A program made the position numbers and the translations under genes. DNA of 64,000 bases, filler included, from Basidiobolus ranarum (lineage: Eukaryota), in the NCBI GenBank assembly GCA_040143965.1. It is 13 parts of 13 records of this genome, joined end to end, with 100 filler letters (N's around TTAATTAATTAA, not from the genome) between each part and the next. Parts side by side here need not be neighbours in the genome. Positions count along the whole stretch, not along the records: positions 49,454 to 54,282 come from JASJQH010001815.1; positions 54,383 to 59,209 come from JASJQH010001816.1; positions 59,310 to 64,000 come from JASJQH010001863.1; 10 more parts are not named here. One strand, written 5' to 3'. The notes beneath the pieces were generated by a model. It was not told the origin of the DNA, did not search any database, and saw only the letters and a list, made by a program, of their open reading frames with translations. This document shows positions 53,751 to 64,000 of this stretch, piece after piece. Within the stretch, counting starts at the first letter, position 1, and every line of letters begins with the position of its first letter.

Positions 53751-54282
53751 TTAACAAGCCCCTAAGTCGAACCAAGCGCTACTAGCGTCAGGAGTCTGAC
53801 TTTGAGTCCACCATTGCGCCTTCCATAAATGACCCTTGTGAGTAACTTTTTGAGACTCAAGGTAGGCAGTTTGATCATTCCAAGCTGCAACCCCGTTACA
53901 TAAACCAGGATTAGGACTAAATGTAGGTGTGGTACTAGTAGTAGCAATGGTCGAAGTGGTGGAAGTACTGGTAGGTTTAGAAGTACTAGTGCTTATTGGG
54001 GTAGTAGAAGTAGTAGTTGGAGTAGTATCCTTCACAGGACGAATTGTAATAGGTGGGCGTGCAGCCAATAGGTCTCTACCATCATCCGGGCCATCATTGG
54101 GAAATTCAGGAATAGTAGGATACCCTGGAAGGTTAGCAACCAAAAGCTTGGGTCCAGTAATATAACCATCGGTGGACCCTTTAATCTCGATATCTGCACA
54201 GTTCATATAATATTCCCGATTTCCGATCTTGTTAATCCATGCCCAGGCAAAGATTGCATTCTTACTTGAACCAGCAGTACTT
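53751..54282 (-). CDS. AA11-type chitin LPMO C-terminus, Thr/Ser linker, CBM5/12 chitin-binding domain; 5'-partial
   Basis: Upstream in-frame translation gives [23 protein letters not shown] (AA11 signature), then [14 protein letters not shown], a T/S linker, and [37 protein letters not shown]. Confidence 0.9.
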
Positions 54283-56125
54283 NNNNNNNNNNNNNNNNNN
54301 NNNNNNNNNNNNNNNNNNNNNNNNNNTTAATTAATTAANNNNNNNNNNNNNNNNNNNNNNNNNNNNNNNNNNNNNNNNNNNNAAAAAGTGAAAAATAACA
54401 CTCGCGCCAAATTGTGCATGACTGAACGGTACCGGACCTTTCACCTCAGCATTCTACACGTGACTTAGGACATTTCAGCTTGACTCATTCTGAGGTGTGA
54501 ATGATTTATCTTAATTTGGAAAATGTTTTCATACACCAACTCCGTAGTACACTTTTTTTTCAAACCGGTATTTGGTATGATCCAAATTAGTAGTGATCTT
54601 GTGATCCTAATGAAACCCAGTGTTGAGTCATAATGAGTTTAGACAATTATGTCAGGGAATGCATATTCCAGGATTGAACAAGGAATGATCCAGTTAGAAG
54701 TAAAATGATTCACCCAATTTGTGTAAATGGGATGGACTGTTTCGTCAGCTCTTAGTGATGGATTTCGTTGTTTGGAATGGATTCCGCAAGTTCTGTGTGG
54801 CCATTTCCACCGACTACACGTTGCTATTGCGTTATCAAGACCTGCGCACTAAGAGAATCATTGACTTGGTGTGTATTGTGAGTCATCTCGTGGAGAGATC
54901 TGGTCTCAACTCACCCCCTTAAATCTAAATTAAGTTACTCATCAGATTTGAGGAGAAACAGCTCATCCTGACTCCAACCAGTTCACACGGTGCAACCATC
55001 GAGATGTTTGTAGTAAATAGAATAGATTAAGGCGTATTAGGACTGTGGGCTAGACTACCAGTGATCCCCCAGAATCCATACGACCTAGATCACTAGCTGC
55101 ATTATACTTTCACTGCGAAAGTACGTGCTGATCAATTAGAGCGGGAGTAATCTCGATTCAGATAGATCCTTAACCCAACTCCACTCGATATAAGTACTAT
55201 ACATTTATCCAAAATCGTATTGAATTACCATTATTTACCCGAAGTTACTTAAAAGAGTGAGTATTTATACTTGAGAAATATACGCCATGTTCATACCTCA
55301 ATTCTAATCATTACTCTCATGGTAAAGCTACTTCTTCTATAGAACATCAATGTATCTAAGTATGGCTCACCACTTGCATTATTATTAGCATATAGATGAA
55401 ATCCATCTTTTGAATACTAAATCTAAATTCCCATGGGAATAGGTAAACTGACATTGGAGGCTCTAACTCTTACAGCATTGTTATTCTATGCTCATTTGTA
55501 TTGATAGACATCGTTCAGTATAACAAATACAATTAAAGGGGTTATTTAAAACTTTCGAACGGTGTCTAATATCCATCAACAAATACCACTAGCATCTAGC
55601 TCTAACTCTAACCCTAATCCTAACCTTTTTGTTGAACATACGCTAGTGAACAATTGATTCCTTTATTATGCCCTGAGATCGATACCTACTAAGAGTGGAG
55701 ATCATTTCATGCTATAGCCATACCCTAATTCTAAGCGTATTTTTGAATGGTTGTTGAATATTGCACTAGTCGTTTGCACTCAGTGGGTAATTCTCCGTGA
55801 ATGGATAGTTATTGGTCGTAACACGTACATTTATTTGGTGTTATAGAACAAGAAAAATATCCAGTTTAAAGGTAACACATCCATATATAAATAGGTCATT
55901 TTGGTACACACAATAAAAACAATGGGGATGTCTGGGCTTACTTATCGTAGTACTACAACCATCCTTTAATAAAATCAAACACAAATCCAACTTAAAATTG
56001 CTTTCAATGTTGATGTTATGTCAAGTTACGTATTCCAAATGGTGAATGCTTCTAAAATATATAAAGAGGTATGAAGTAAGAGACCAATTGAGGGTTTTCT
56101 AGCAATATAACGAAAGTCCTATGGA

Positions 56126-56542
56126 ATGAAATCCCAAGAAGTTCAATATACGGTAGATTTCAAAAGTGAAGGGGAACTTATTGGAACTCTATGGGTCAAA
56201 GTAGATTTTCAATACGATGAAGATATTGTTGAAGCAATTAGAACTGATGCAGGATATACCCAGTTATCCGATAATCCTGAACACCTCTTCAGTAATCATA
56301 TCACTGAGTTGGAATATGGCTCCGATTTAGAGTATTATGAAGTCAATACTTGGATAGATGTAGAAGCCACAAATGGTTTAGGAATAGAAATCATTACTCA
56401 AGCACTTCGAGAAACAAATGCTCAAAGATTCGCCGAAAAACGTCCTCTATTTGAACCACCCATCTTTTTTGAAAAAGAGTCACTTTGTGTTTGTTTTAAG
56501 TGCTTTAATAATGGTCGAGTTACTATAGCTGCTCATTATTAA
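56126..56542 (+). CDS. Intronless acidic hypothetical protein, 138 aa
   Basis: Clean ATG-TAA ORF with globular composition; TATATAAA about 65 bp upstream; AT-rich 3' flank. Confidence 0.6.
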   Translation: MKSQEVQYTVDFKSEGELIGTLWVKVDFQYDEDIVEAIRTDAGYTQLSDNPEHLFSNHITELEYGSDLEYYEVNTWIDVEATNGLGIEIITQALRETNAQRFAEKRPLFEPPIFFEKESLCVCFKCFNNGRVTIAAHY

Positions 56543-56889
56543 GCTTTTCTGTTGTTAAGTAAATTTATTGATATATGCAAGTTTATTTCAATTTAATTGT
56601 ACTTTGGTTATATGAAGATACATATTGAGTGAAGCCCATTTTCTGAATGAATTTTGTAAATCAATAATTTTACAAACTAGTCATAAATATATATTCTATC
56701 CATGTCCTTGTAAATAGCATGAAACTATCTATAAACCTTACATTTTATCAGATACTATACTCCATTTTTAAGTGATTGGAAAAAAAGTGAATCAAAGTAA
56801 ATTGACATTATCAAGATGAATATCACCCAAATATCTAACATTTACTGGTGGTCCCACCAATACTCTTACACATTCTTCTTGTGCTCCAT

Positions 56890-57400
56890 GTCAAAGTATA
56901 TTGGGAGCCTATAAATGTCAACTTTCTACTCAATAAATTAATGAGTGAAAACCATCACTCTCTCTAACTCTCCAAACCACTTCTAACAGGCTCTCAAATA
57001 CTTTAATAGATTATGAGCCCCAAGCTTGCACTCTCTGTAATGTCTGCTTCTCAAATTTCTGTAACTTTTCCCACATCCAAAAATTTAGATGGAATCAATT
57101 ATGAAGTTTGGAAAATTAAAATGAAAATGCTACTGTGAGAAAAGGAACTCTGGGACACTGTTATAGGAGAACAAAATACAGAACCATCTGAAAGCAAAAT
57201 TTAACTTTGGGTCAAAAAGAACAAGAGTCTTTAACACAATTCATATTAATACAATAGATAAATTACTAATTGATTGTTCAAGAGTCAAAACTGCCACAAA
57301 GGTATAGATAGCCTTGTAAGACTTCTACTCATCATGTTCTGCTGCCAACAAGAGGTTTCTAAGAACATAATTCTTAAACTTAAAGATGAAGCCATACTAT
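56890..57400 (+). mobile_element. Copia family B 5' end: LTR, PBS and decayed gag
   Basis: LTR 3' part ends about 57008, then (G/A)TTATGAGCCC PBS, then MSASQ..NLDGINYEVWKIKMKMLL*EKELWD (copia gag N-terminal motif). Confidence 0.85.
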
Positions 57401-59209
57401 CAGTGTCATAAGATAACTGTAATGTAGATATCAATCAGTATTAGTCAGCAGTAATACGATATTCCAGTAGTTAGTAATAGTAGGTCACACAATAGTCTTA
57501 TGAACATATTCCATTGAAGGTCACATGGTCATATTGCTGCCCTTTTAATAGGTCACAAGCTCATCTTGACTCTGCCACCCCAATGTGTAACAGCTGATTG
57601 CTGTCCTGCCACAAGATATCTTGGCTAAGAACTGTGCTATCCCACTATGATATGGCTAGATCCTGATATAGTCAATAGATTAGTAATTAGCAAATGAGTC
57701 ATTACTCATCTGATCTATCAACTTATGCATAAATACAAGAGTCACACTCTCAACAAAGTTCAGTTGAGTATAAGTCAATAAAATATCAGCTTACTCAACC
57801 CCCTGAAATTCTCAGCTACTCAAGAATTATCACAAACCATGATCAACATCTAGCAGCATATCCTCATAGTTTTCTGGACTTATCAGATCAACTTAACTTG
57901 CACTTCTGCCTACATCATTCTGGTCACATAACTGTGGTAACTGCATGGTATCTTGACTTTCAGCAGTGTCATCAAAGCTTTGGGGAAAACCATAACTAAT
58001 GGTCTCAGTTGGCAAATATAAGTGGTCTTTGTGTATTTATTGCTAATGGTACTCACCAGGCTTAGCATAGCAGGTTGCTTTGTACAGAGACCAAGCTTGT
58101 GTTTATTTTTTATATGAGCATTCTGGCTTTCCTAGCACATGAGTTTGTGACAACAATAGCAGGGTTTCTTGTAATATTTGAACTGCATAATAAGAGGGAC
58201 ATTGCTGAAGAAGAAAGAACACCCACTACATAGGTGTGGCCTTTTTGGTACATCAAATCAGTTTTATCAGCTGATTCTAAGATTGGGTCAGCAATGAGTC
58301 AGCAGGGGATTTACAGCATATTTCCTGTAATGGATGGCAATTTTGGCTTATTATAAGCCCAATAAAAATAAAATATACCTGATCCAGATGGGATCCTCCC
58401 ATCTGGAGTCAAATACCTTCCAAGTACCATCAAAATATTGGTAGCTTACATTCTGCCATTTATTTTGATGGTATGATAGCAGCTTCTTAACTGTATATTG
58501 ATGCTTATACTTGGCATGCATTACTCATTCTCTGACAATTATTGGAAAAAACCAAATTTTCAGTTGCAAACATCACCATTTTTTGCTTCAGGGTTTTAAT
58601 AAATATAGATGCCTTTGATCAGATATCTTAGGCTCTGTATTCCAGCCTTATTGAGAATCAGAAAATAGAAGTATCTTGTTGTGCTTATTCTGTGCTTATG
58701 CATATACTTGATGGATCAGATAGAACTATACAATATCAATATGCTTTACCAGAAAATGATGGTGAAAAATTGCAAAACATCTAAAATTTAGAGTAGCACT
58801 AACACTTAGTAAATTGTGGACTTTTGTTGCCATTGATAATGGGATTAAGCTCTTGGAATTTGCCAAAATTCTATCAAGATGAGGAAAATATATCCCTAAT
58901 GTGCAGTCAACAATTGTCCTGCCACAAGTTAATGTGTCATTACATAATAGATTACCTTGTGGCTAAAGCAATAATAATGTGTACTTGGATTTATCTTGCC
59001 AAGGTGAGTTGATGCCATAAGCATATCTTTACAATATCCAAAAATAACTCCTAATGTAGCTTATAGTTGTCAGTCAAAAATCTCTCCAAGATACCATGTG
59101 ACAATATACAAATCTAATACATCCAGTCTTTGTATCTGAATAAATGCATAGAAGAGTGGTGTCATGATTCTGATCTTGGCATACTGATCCACTACATATG
59201 GAACTCTTC
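57400..59209. mobile_element. Unclassified decayed repeat, possibly a CACTA/EnSpm-like transposase remnant on the minus strand near 59000-59200
   Basis: Almost no CpG and no intact ORF. Minus-strand remnant FRYKDW..LSHGILERFLTDNYKLH*ELFLDIVKIC is only weakly suggestive. Confidence 0.35.
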
Positions 59210-59309
59210 NNNNNNNNNNNNNNNNNNNNNNNNNNNNNNNNNNNNNNNNNNNNTTAATTAATTAANNNNNNNNNNNNNNNNNNNNNNNNNNNNNNNNNNN
59301 NNNNNNNNN

Positions 59310-61340
59310 GTGATGGATAGTGCCAAATTGTGCTGCATAAATTTTAGAATACTTTATCCAATATGATAAATACAGCACAATCTGGCACTATCACAGAGAA
59401 CAAGTCCAGTATTGTGGCATGTGAAGGATGCTTCTATAGTGAAAAGAGCACCCACTATATAAGGATGATATTTCTGGTATATCTAATCAATTTTATCAGC
59501 AAATTCCAAGATGATCTCATAGATAAGTCATCAGGGGATTTGCAAGATATTTTCAATGGTGTATGGCAACTTTGGCTAATTATAAGTTTTTTGTAAGCAA
59601 TTTCATTAGGTCAAGCTTACCATCTATATATTTTAAGGTCATTGAAATAACATCCTCAATCTAAATTAAAATTGGCTTTGAAGCAAAAGCCTGCAGGCTG
59701 GAATGGAAAATTTAGCAAGATGAGAAGACTTATTTTATGAGTAGTCTAGCACTACACTATCCATTTTTAAAGGCATTGACATGCCAGGAACAGACTCAAG
59801 TAACAATGAAGCGTAACTTGATTCACCAGATGTATTCCTTAGTTGCAATAGCTCAAGTGAAGAGGTTACGATCCCCCAATTATGTAATAACGCAATAGTT
59901 GAGCAAAGCTCTGTAGAGATGCTGTCAAGACTAATAACTTTGAACATGCCTACTTCACAAGCTATTGAACACCTCTCCATAGTTAATTTGTATAGAATCA
60001 CCACTACAAAGGAATCTCAGGCAGAACACAGTAATGATGTATATGAGTTCATAAGTAAAAACTACAAAGTTGCTATACAGGCCATGACAAGCAATAATGC
60101 AGGCCTTGCACACCACTTACAGGTCTTCTCATTTTCCTTACCCAACAATACTAATACATTTGTGTATTTATTGTAGGATTTGCACATTCAAGTATTTTCC
60201 ACAAATGATGTTGCTACTTTAAGACATACCTATATTAATTGTAAATTTCTCAGTAAATTACAAATGTTGCTATGATTTATCTCTACAATGATGGCTAATG
60301 CTATGGTTCCAGAAGATGTATCCTGATTGGCTTCACACTGGCCAATCATAATTAGTCTTGGCTGAAACAAAAGATTTCTATGCTGAACATTCTAGGACTT
60401 CAGTAACCTCCTTGCCACTACCTTATATTGCTACTGACATGTCACTTACCCCCAGCTCCCCAATTGCTTTAATATATATTCACTGCTATGCCACCCTGTT
60501 TGCAATCATTTAAAGGCTTATCACCAGCCAAGAGCTCTGTTAGTAAGCTAACCCACTTGCACAAAGCTATATCTAGAGATCCTGAAAACAAATTAGTGTT
60601 TAAGTGGTAAATGTGTAAAATTTAGGTTATGTTTTTCACTAATTTGTTGATCTGTAGTTTTCTGATATTATAGCCAATCTTGTGCAACTATTTTGCAAGA
60701 TTTTTAAATTTCACTCCTGAATTTTATAAAATTGATTACAAACAATTCTAACTTGATGATTCCATGATGGAAGTAAACAGGCAGCCCAAAACAGATTAAA
60801 TTGTAATGATTTCCCTACATTAACCATCCTCCAATTTCAGTTATGGAATACCTTTTTTTACATTGCCCATGATAGTACATTGGCACAGCTAAATGTGACA
60901 AGTTCACCATCATAGTATTCTTTATGTTTGGTATTTCAGTGCATTGTGTCTGTAACCAACTTAGCTAAGATGATCTTTGTGAGATTTACATATAGTAATA
61001 CAAAGGATTTGGCTTGATGAGTAATTCTCCATATATGTGCTTGATACGTAACTCTCACAAAGTAAAGCATGGTCCTGCAACCTCTAGTCACAGTGATAAA
61101 TGGAGCAAAGCAGGAATGGAGTATTGGCAGTGGTTGACTTACTCACAATTGTATCCATAAATTAACCTTACAGGGAATTTGAAAGCACATGAACTGGGGC
61201 ATAGACTGGTATGCAGCCAATTTTCTTCTCACTCTGCAAAGCTATAGATCCATATCAAACAGGTCTGATATGCAGTATTGAGTGAGGAGAACCATGTAGT
61301 TCAACTAAAGACTAAGTTATGTGTAGTGATATTATAGGAC
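59310..61340. mobile_element. Unclassified decayed repeat DNA
   Basis: Near absence of CpG with TG/CA excess, as in the copia relics; only short ORFs. Confidence 0.4.
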
Positions 61341-61350
61341 TCTGTAAACT

Positions 61351-62317
61351 ACTCTTTCAGTGCCACTCGTTGGATGGACATGTTGTATTTCAACAATAAA
61401 GATATATTTTCAATCATTATGTGGTGCCCATAGTGTTACCGCTAGCGAGTAAATGACACTGCCAGAAGGGCTGAATATATTTGCCAGTAATATAACGCAT
61501 ATGGTATGTGCTTCATATATATCAAAGCCTCAAGATATTGTCAAAAAATTCAGTAATAATAGTTATTATAGTATGCACTTGGAATTATATCACTGATTGA
61601 GGTCAACATGATGTTACTTGCACTTGAATACATTTATTTTTTTGCTACTTGGAACATCAACAAAATAAGTGTATTCATTTGCCACCACTTAGAAAGCATA
61701 ATTTATGGAATACAAGCACTCCAATGACAGCATCTATTTGAATCGGAGCAATACTCAATGCAGCAAAGCATAGGCCTAATAGTGTCATCACCGCTAGGAC
61801 TCTCAGCCTCGGCCGGAACCGGATTCGCCTCGGCGGTCAAGGTGGCCAGAGCAAAGACAGTTACGAGAAGAGTAGTGAAGGAAAGTTTCATCTTTCGGAT
61901 GGCAGAGAGAGAGAAGATAAAGATTTGATGCCTTTAGAATTTCTGGATGTTAATCTTTTATACTCTTGAAAACTGAAGGCTTTGCTACATCATCGTGGGA
62001 TGGTGTTTTCTCGTTTAGGGAGTTAAAAGTTCATCTGCTGGTACTTTGATAATTGAGGGAATTTGAAGCTCATCAACTGGTGTGTCGACTTGTGTGCAGT
62101 CAACTTTCTTGTCACTATGTAAGACCATATATCCATAGCAATCAGGTCTTATATGTAGTGAGCAAAACCAAGTAGGGAGACTAAACACCAAGTTATGCAT
62201 ATTGATGCTATATACATATATATAATATTCTTTCAATACCACTCGTTAAATGGTCACGTTGCATTTCAACAATAAAGATACTAGCGCCCATAGTGTCACA
62301 GCTATCGAGTAAATGAC
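61351..62317 (+). repeat. Diverged direct repeat pair (about 61351-61457 and 62227-62317) flanking the peptide gene
   Basis: CTTTCA.T.CCACTCGTT..ATGG.CA.GTTG.ATTTCAACAATAAAGATA ... GCCCATAGTGT.AC.GCTA.CGAGTAAATGAC is present in both copies; copy 1 has a short insertion. Confidence 0.85.
61703..61891 (-). CDS. Small secreted cysteine-rich prepropeptide, 62 aa
   Basis: Signal MKLSFTTLLVTVFALATLTAEA, acidic spacer NPVPAEAESPSGDDTIRP, core MLCCIEYCSDSNRCCHWSACIP. TATAAAA at about 61956-61962 (-), CT-rich 5'UTR, AATAAA at about 61633-61638 (-). Confidence 0.85.
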   Translation of the reverse strand: MKLSFTTLLVTVFALATLTAEANPVPAEAESPSGDDTIRPMLCCIEYCSDSNRCCHWSACIP

Positions 62318-64000
62318 GTCACCAAATTATTTCGGGAAAACTATCCACTTCTTTGGCTGAATTTACATTTGATGACTTGAGCCATCGCAATATTTTTCTC
62401 GTAGATAGCTAGGTAGGAAGAACTACCCTCAATCGGGCATATTTCAACACATGTATGTTGCACGAGTTATGACGGTGCTATGTTTTATACTAGTTCTGAT
62501 CATATTTGAAACGTTATAATACTGAGATTGCCCACTTCAATGGAAGATATAATTGCATGTTTGATATATTTATTGAAGTGGATAGATATACGTGAAGCGT
62601 AGTAGAGAAAACCTATTTAGAGGGTTTCCATCCGTTAGTTACAAGCATTGCACATGCAGTATTTACATCCATATGAACCACAGCCTCACTGCTGCCATAA
62701 TATTCGGCTTCTAGATTAGTCAGTGGCTAGGAGGAGAGCAGCGACAGAGAATCCCATCATTCAAAATTTTGAGTTAAAGAATAGATATTGATAATGCATT
62801 TAAAACTCGTCAAGTGGTGAATACTGTGCTACCGCCATTACTTGAATTTATGACCATGAGAAGAATCCATGAAGATGACGATTCAGGGTATACAAAGGTT
62901 CACTGGCTAAATTTTGATAATTAAAGTATGCAGTAGCTCACACTAGTTTCTTCCCACTGTAATTGGAGAAGCCAGGATAACTCAAGACATAAACAACATC
63001 TCACGTTAAATCTTAGTAGGCATAGGTTACACACGCACCAGTACTCCAGCAGTTCCCAGAAATGCTGTACTGGGCACAAATAGATTCCGTAGATGTGGAT
63101 CATGTGAAAATATAAGCATTATTGCTAAAAGACTTACTAAAAATAACTTGCGGTTCAAGCCAATGGGTGTGAATTGGTAGAAGACTATTCAAGCCATGCA
63201 AGCAACCTTTGATCTCACCAAGTGTCAGCCATCGCCAGGAATCATCTACTGGTTACTCAGTCGATACCCATCGTGTTCAAATCTAGATATGGATCGTGTG
63301 CTAATATTAGTGCTATTTTCGCAACACTTGATCATATATTATACACTTGGCATTATTGAATAGAATCAGCTGTTATTGGTGTATATGTAGGCTAAGAGTG
63401 ATAGTCGAGAGTGACATTTGGATGCCACAATATTCCTTAGAAACATGAACTTTACTCTTTGTGTGTTTGCTTATGTCTTTTAAATAAGCTACTAGTCTAG
63501 TCACGATATCCATAATACAGTAATCATCAAAACCTACTCTTATAGATACTGAACTCGAATCACTGAATTTCAGCAGTCAAAATATTTTCAATACTATGGG
63601 AATAGTTGAGGGAATTTTGTTAATTGGTTCGAGGCGTAAGAGTCGGGTAACAAGATGTGACTTAGAATGATTATCCTTCATAAATCTCGGAATAGGGATA
63701 AATATTGGAACTAATATCCGAGGTGATATTCCGTCTTGATTGATCTCATGTGTAAAACAGTCAAGTTGTTCATTGATCATTTGGTAATACTTTTGATTTC
63801 TAATTAAAGTGGCTTATCATAGAGTTAATGGATTGATCAACACACTTAAGAACTTTTTTGCCCGAATTTCAGTGTTATTAACCAATCTTTTACCGCACAA
63901 AGAGTGTGTCTGTACGGCCAATGTGAGACTCACTCATTTGACTATTTCGACAAACAACACATATCATCACGTTTAGTATTCTGCATTGTACACGCTGCTT

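Noticed and set aside
55596-55625. Telomere-like (CTAACC)-type repeats; also TAAGGG runs near 43790
   Set aside because: Only 3-5 degenerate internal units; compatible with ordinary microsatellites.
4859-59309. Regularly spaced TTAATTAATTAA motifs within N runs, about every 4.9 kb
   Set aside because: Assembly linker with six-frame stops. The periodicity comes from size-sorted contigs, so it is not a biological repeat or CRISPR, and cross-contig gene clustering is meaningless.

Overview
Eukaryotic DNA from an intron-rich, AT-rich fungus, most consistent with an early-diverging lineage (Zoopagomycota/Mucoromycota-like, e.g. Basidiobolus; inferred from gene content, not proven). The window is not a contiguous locus. 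It is 13 unplaced contigs of about 4.83-4.86 kb, sorted by decreasing size and joined by an artificial 100-bp linker (44N-TTAATTAATTAA-44N), so gene neighbourhood only has meaning within a contig. Recognisable genes: Pom33/TMEM33, RPS7, a Rab5-family GTPase, a Siz/PIAS SUMO ligase (3' part), LCB1, DCC1 (premature stop), RPS15, IES6, an atypical adenylate kinase, URA2/CAD (3' part), a C2H2 transcription factor, a multi-CBM19-like secreted protein and an AA11 LPMO-CBM5/12. About a third of the window is decayed Ty1/copia relics plus a PIF/Harbinger fragment, all strongly CpG-depleted. Best leads: (1) an intact multi-exon gene that looks like a fungal homologue of the vertebrate RAD51 antagonist RADX; (2) a toxin-like prepropeptide with a CC-C-CC-C framework bracketed by a direct repeat; (3) TE-restricted CpG erasure pointing to methylation/RIP-like genome defence.
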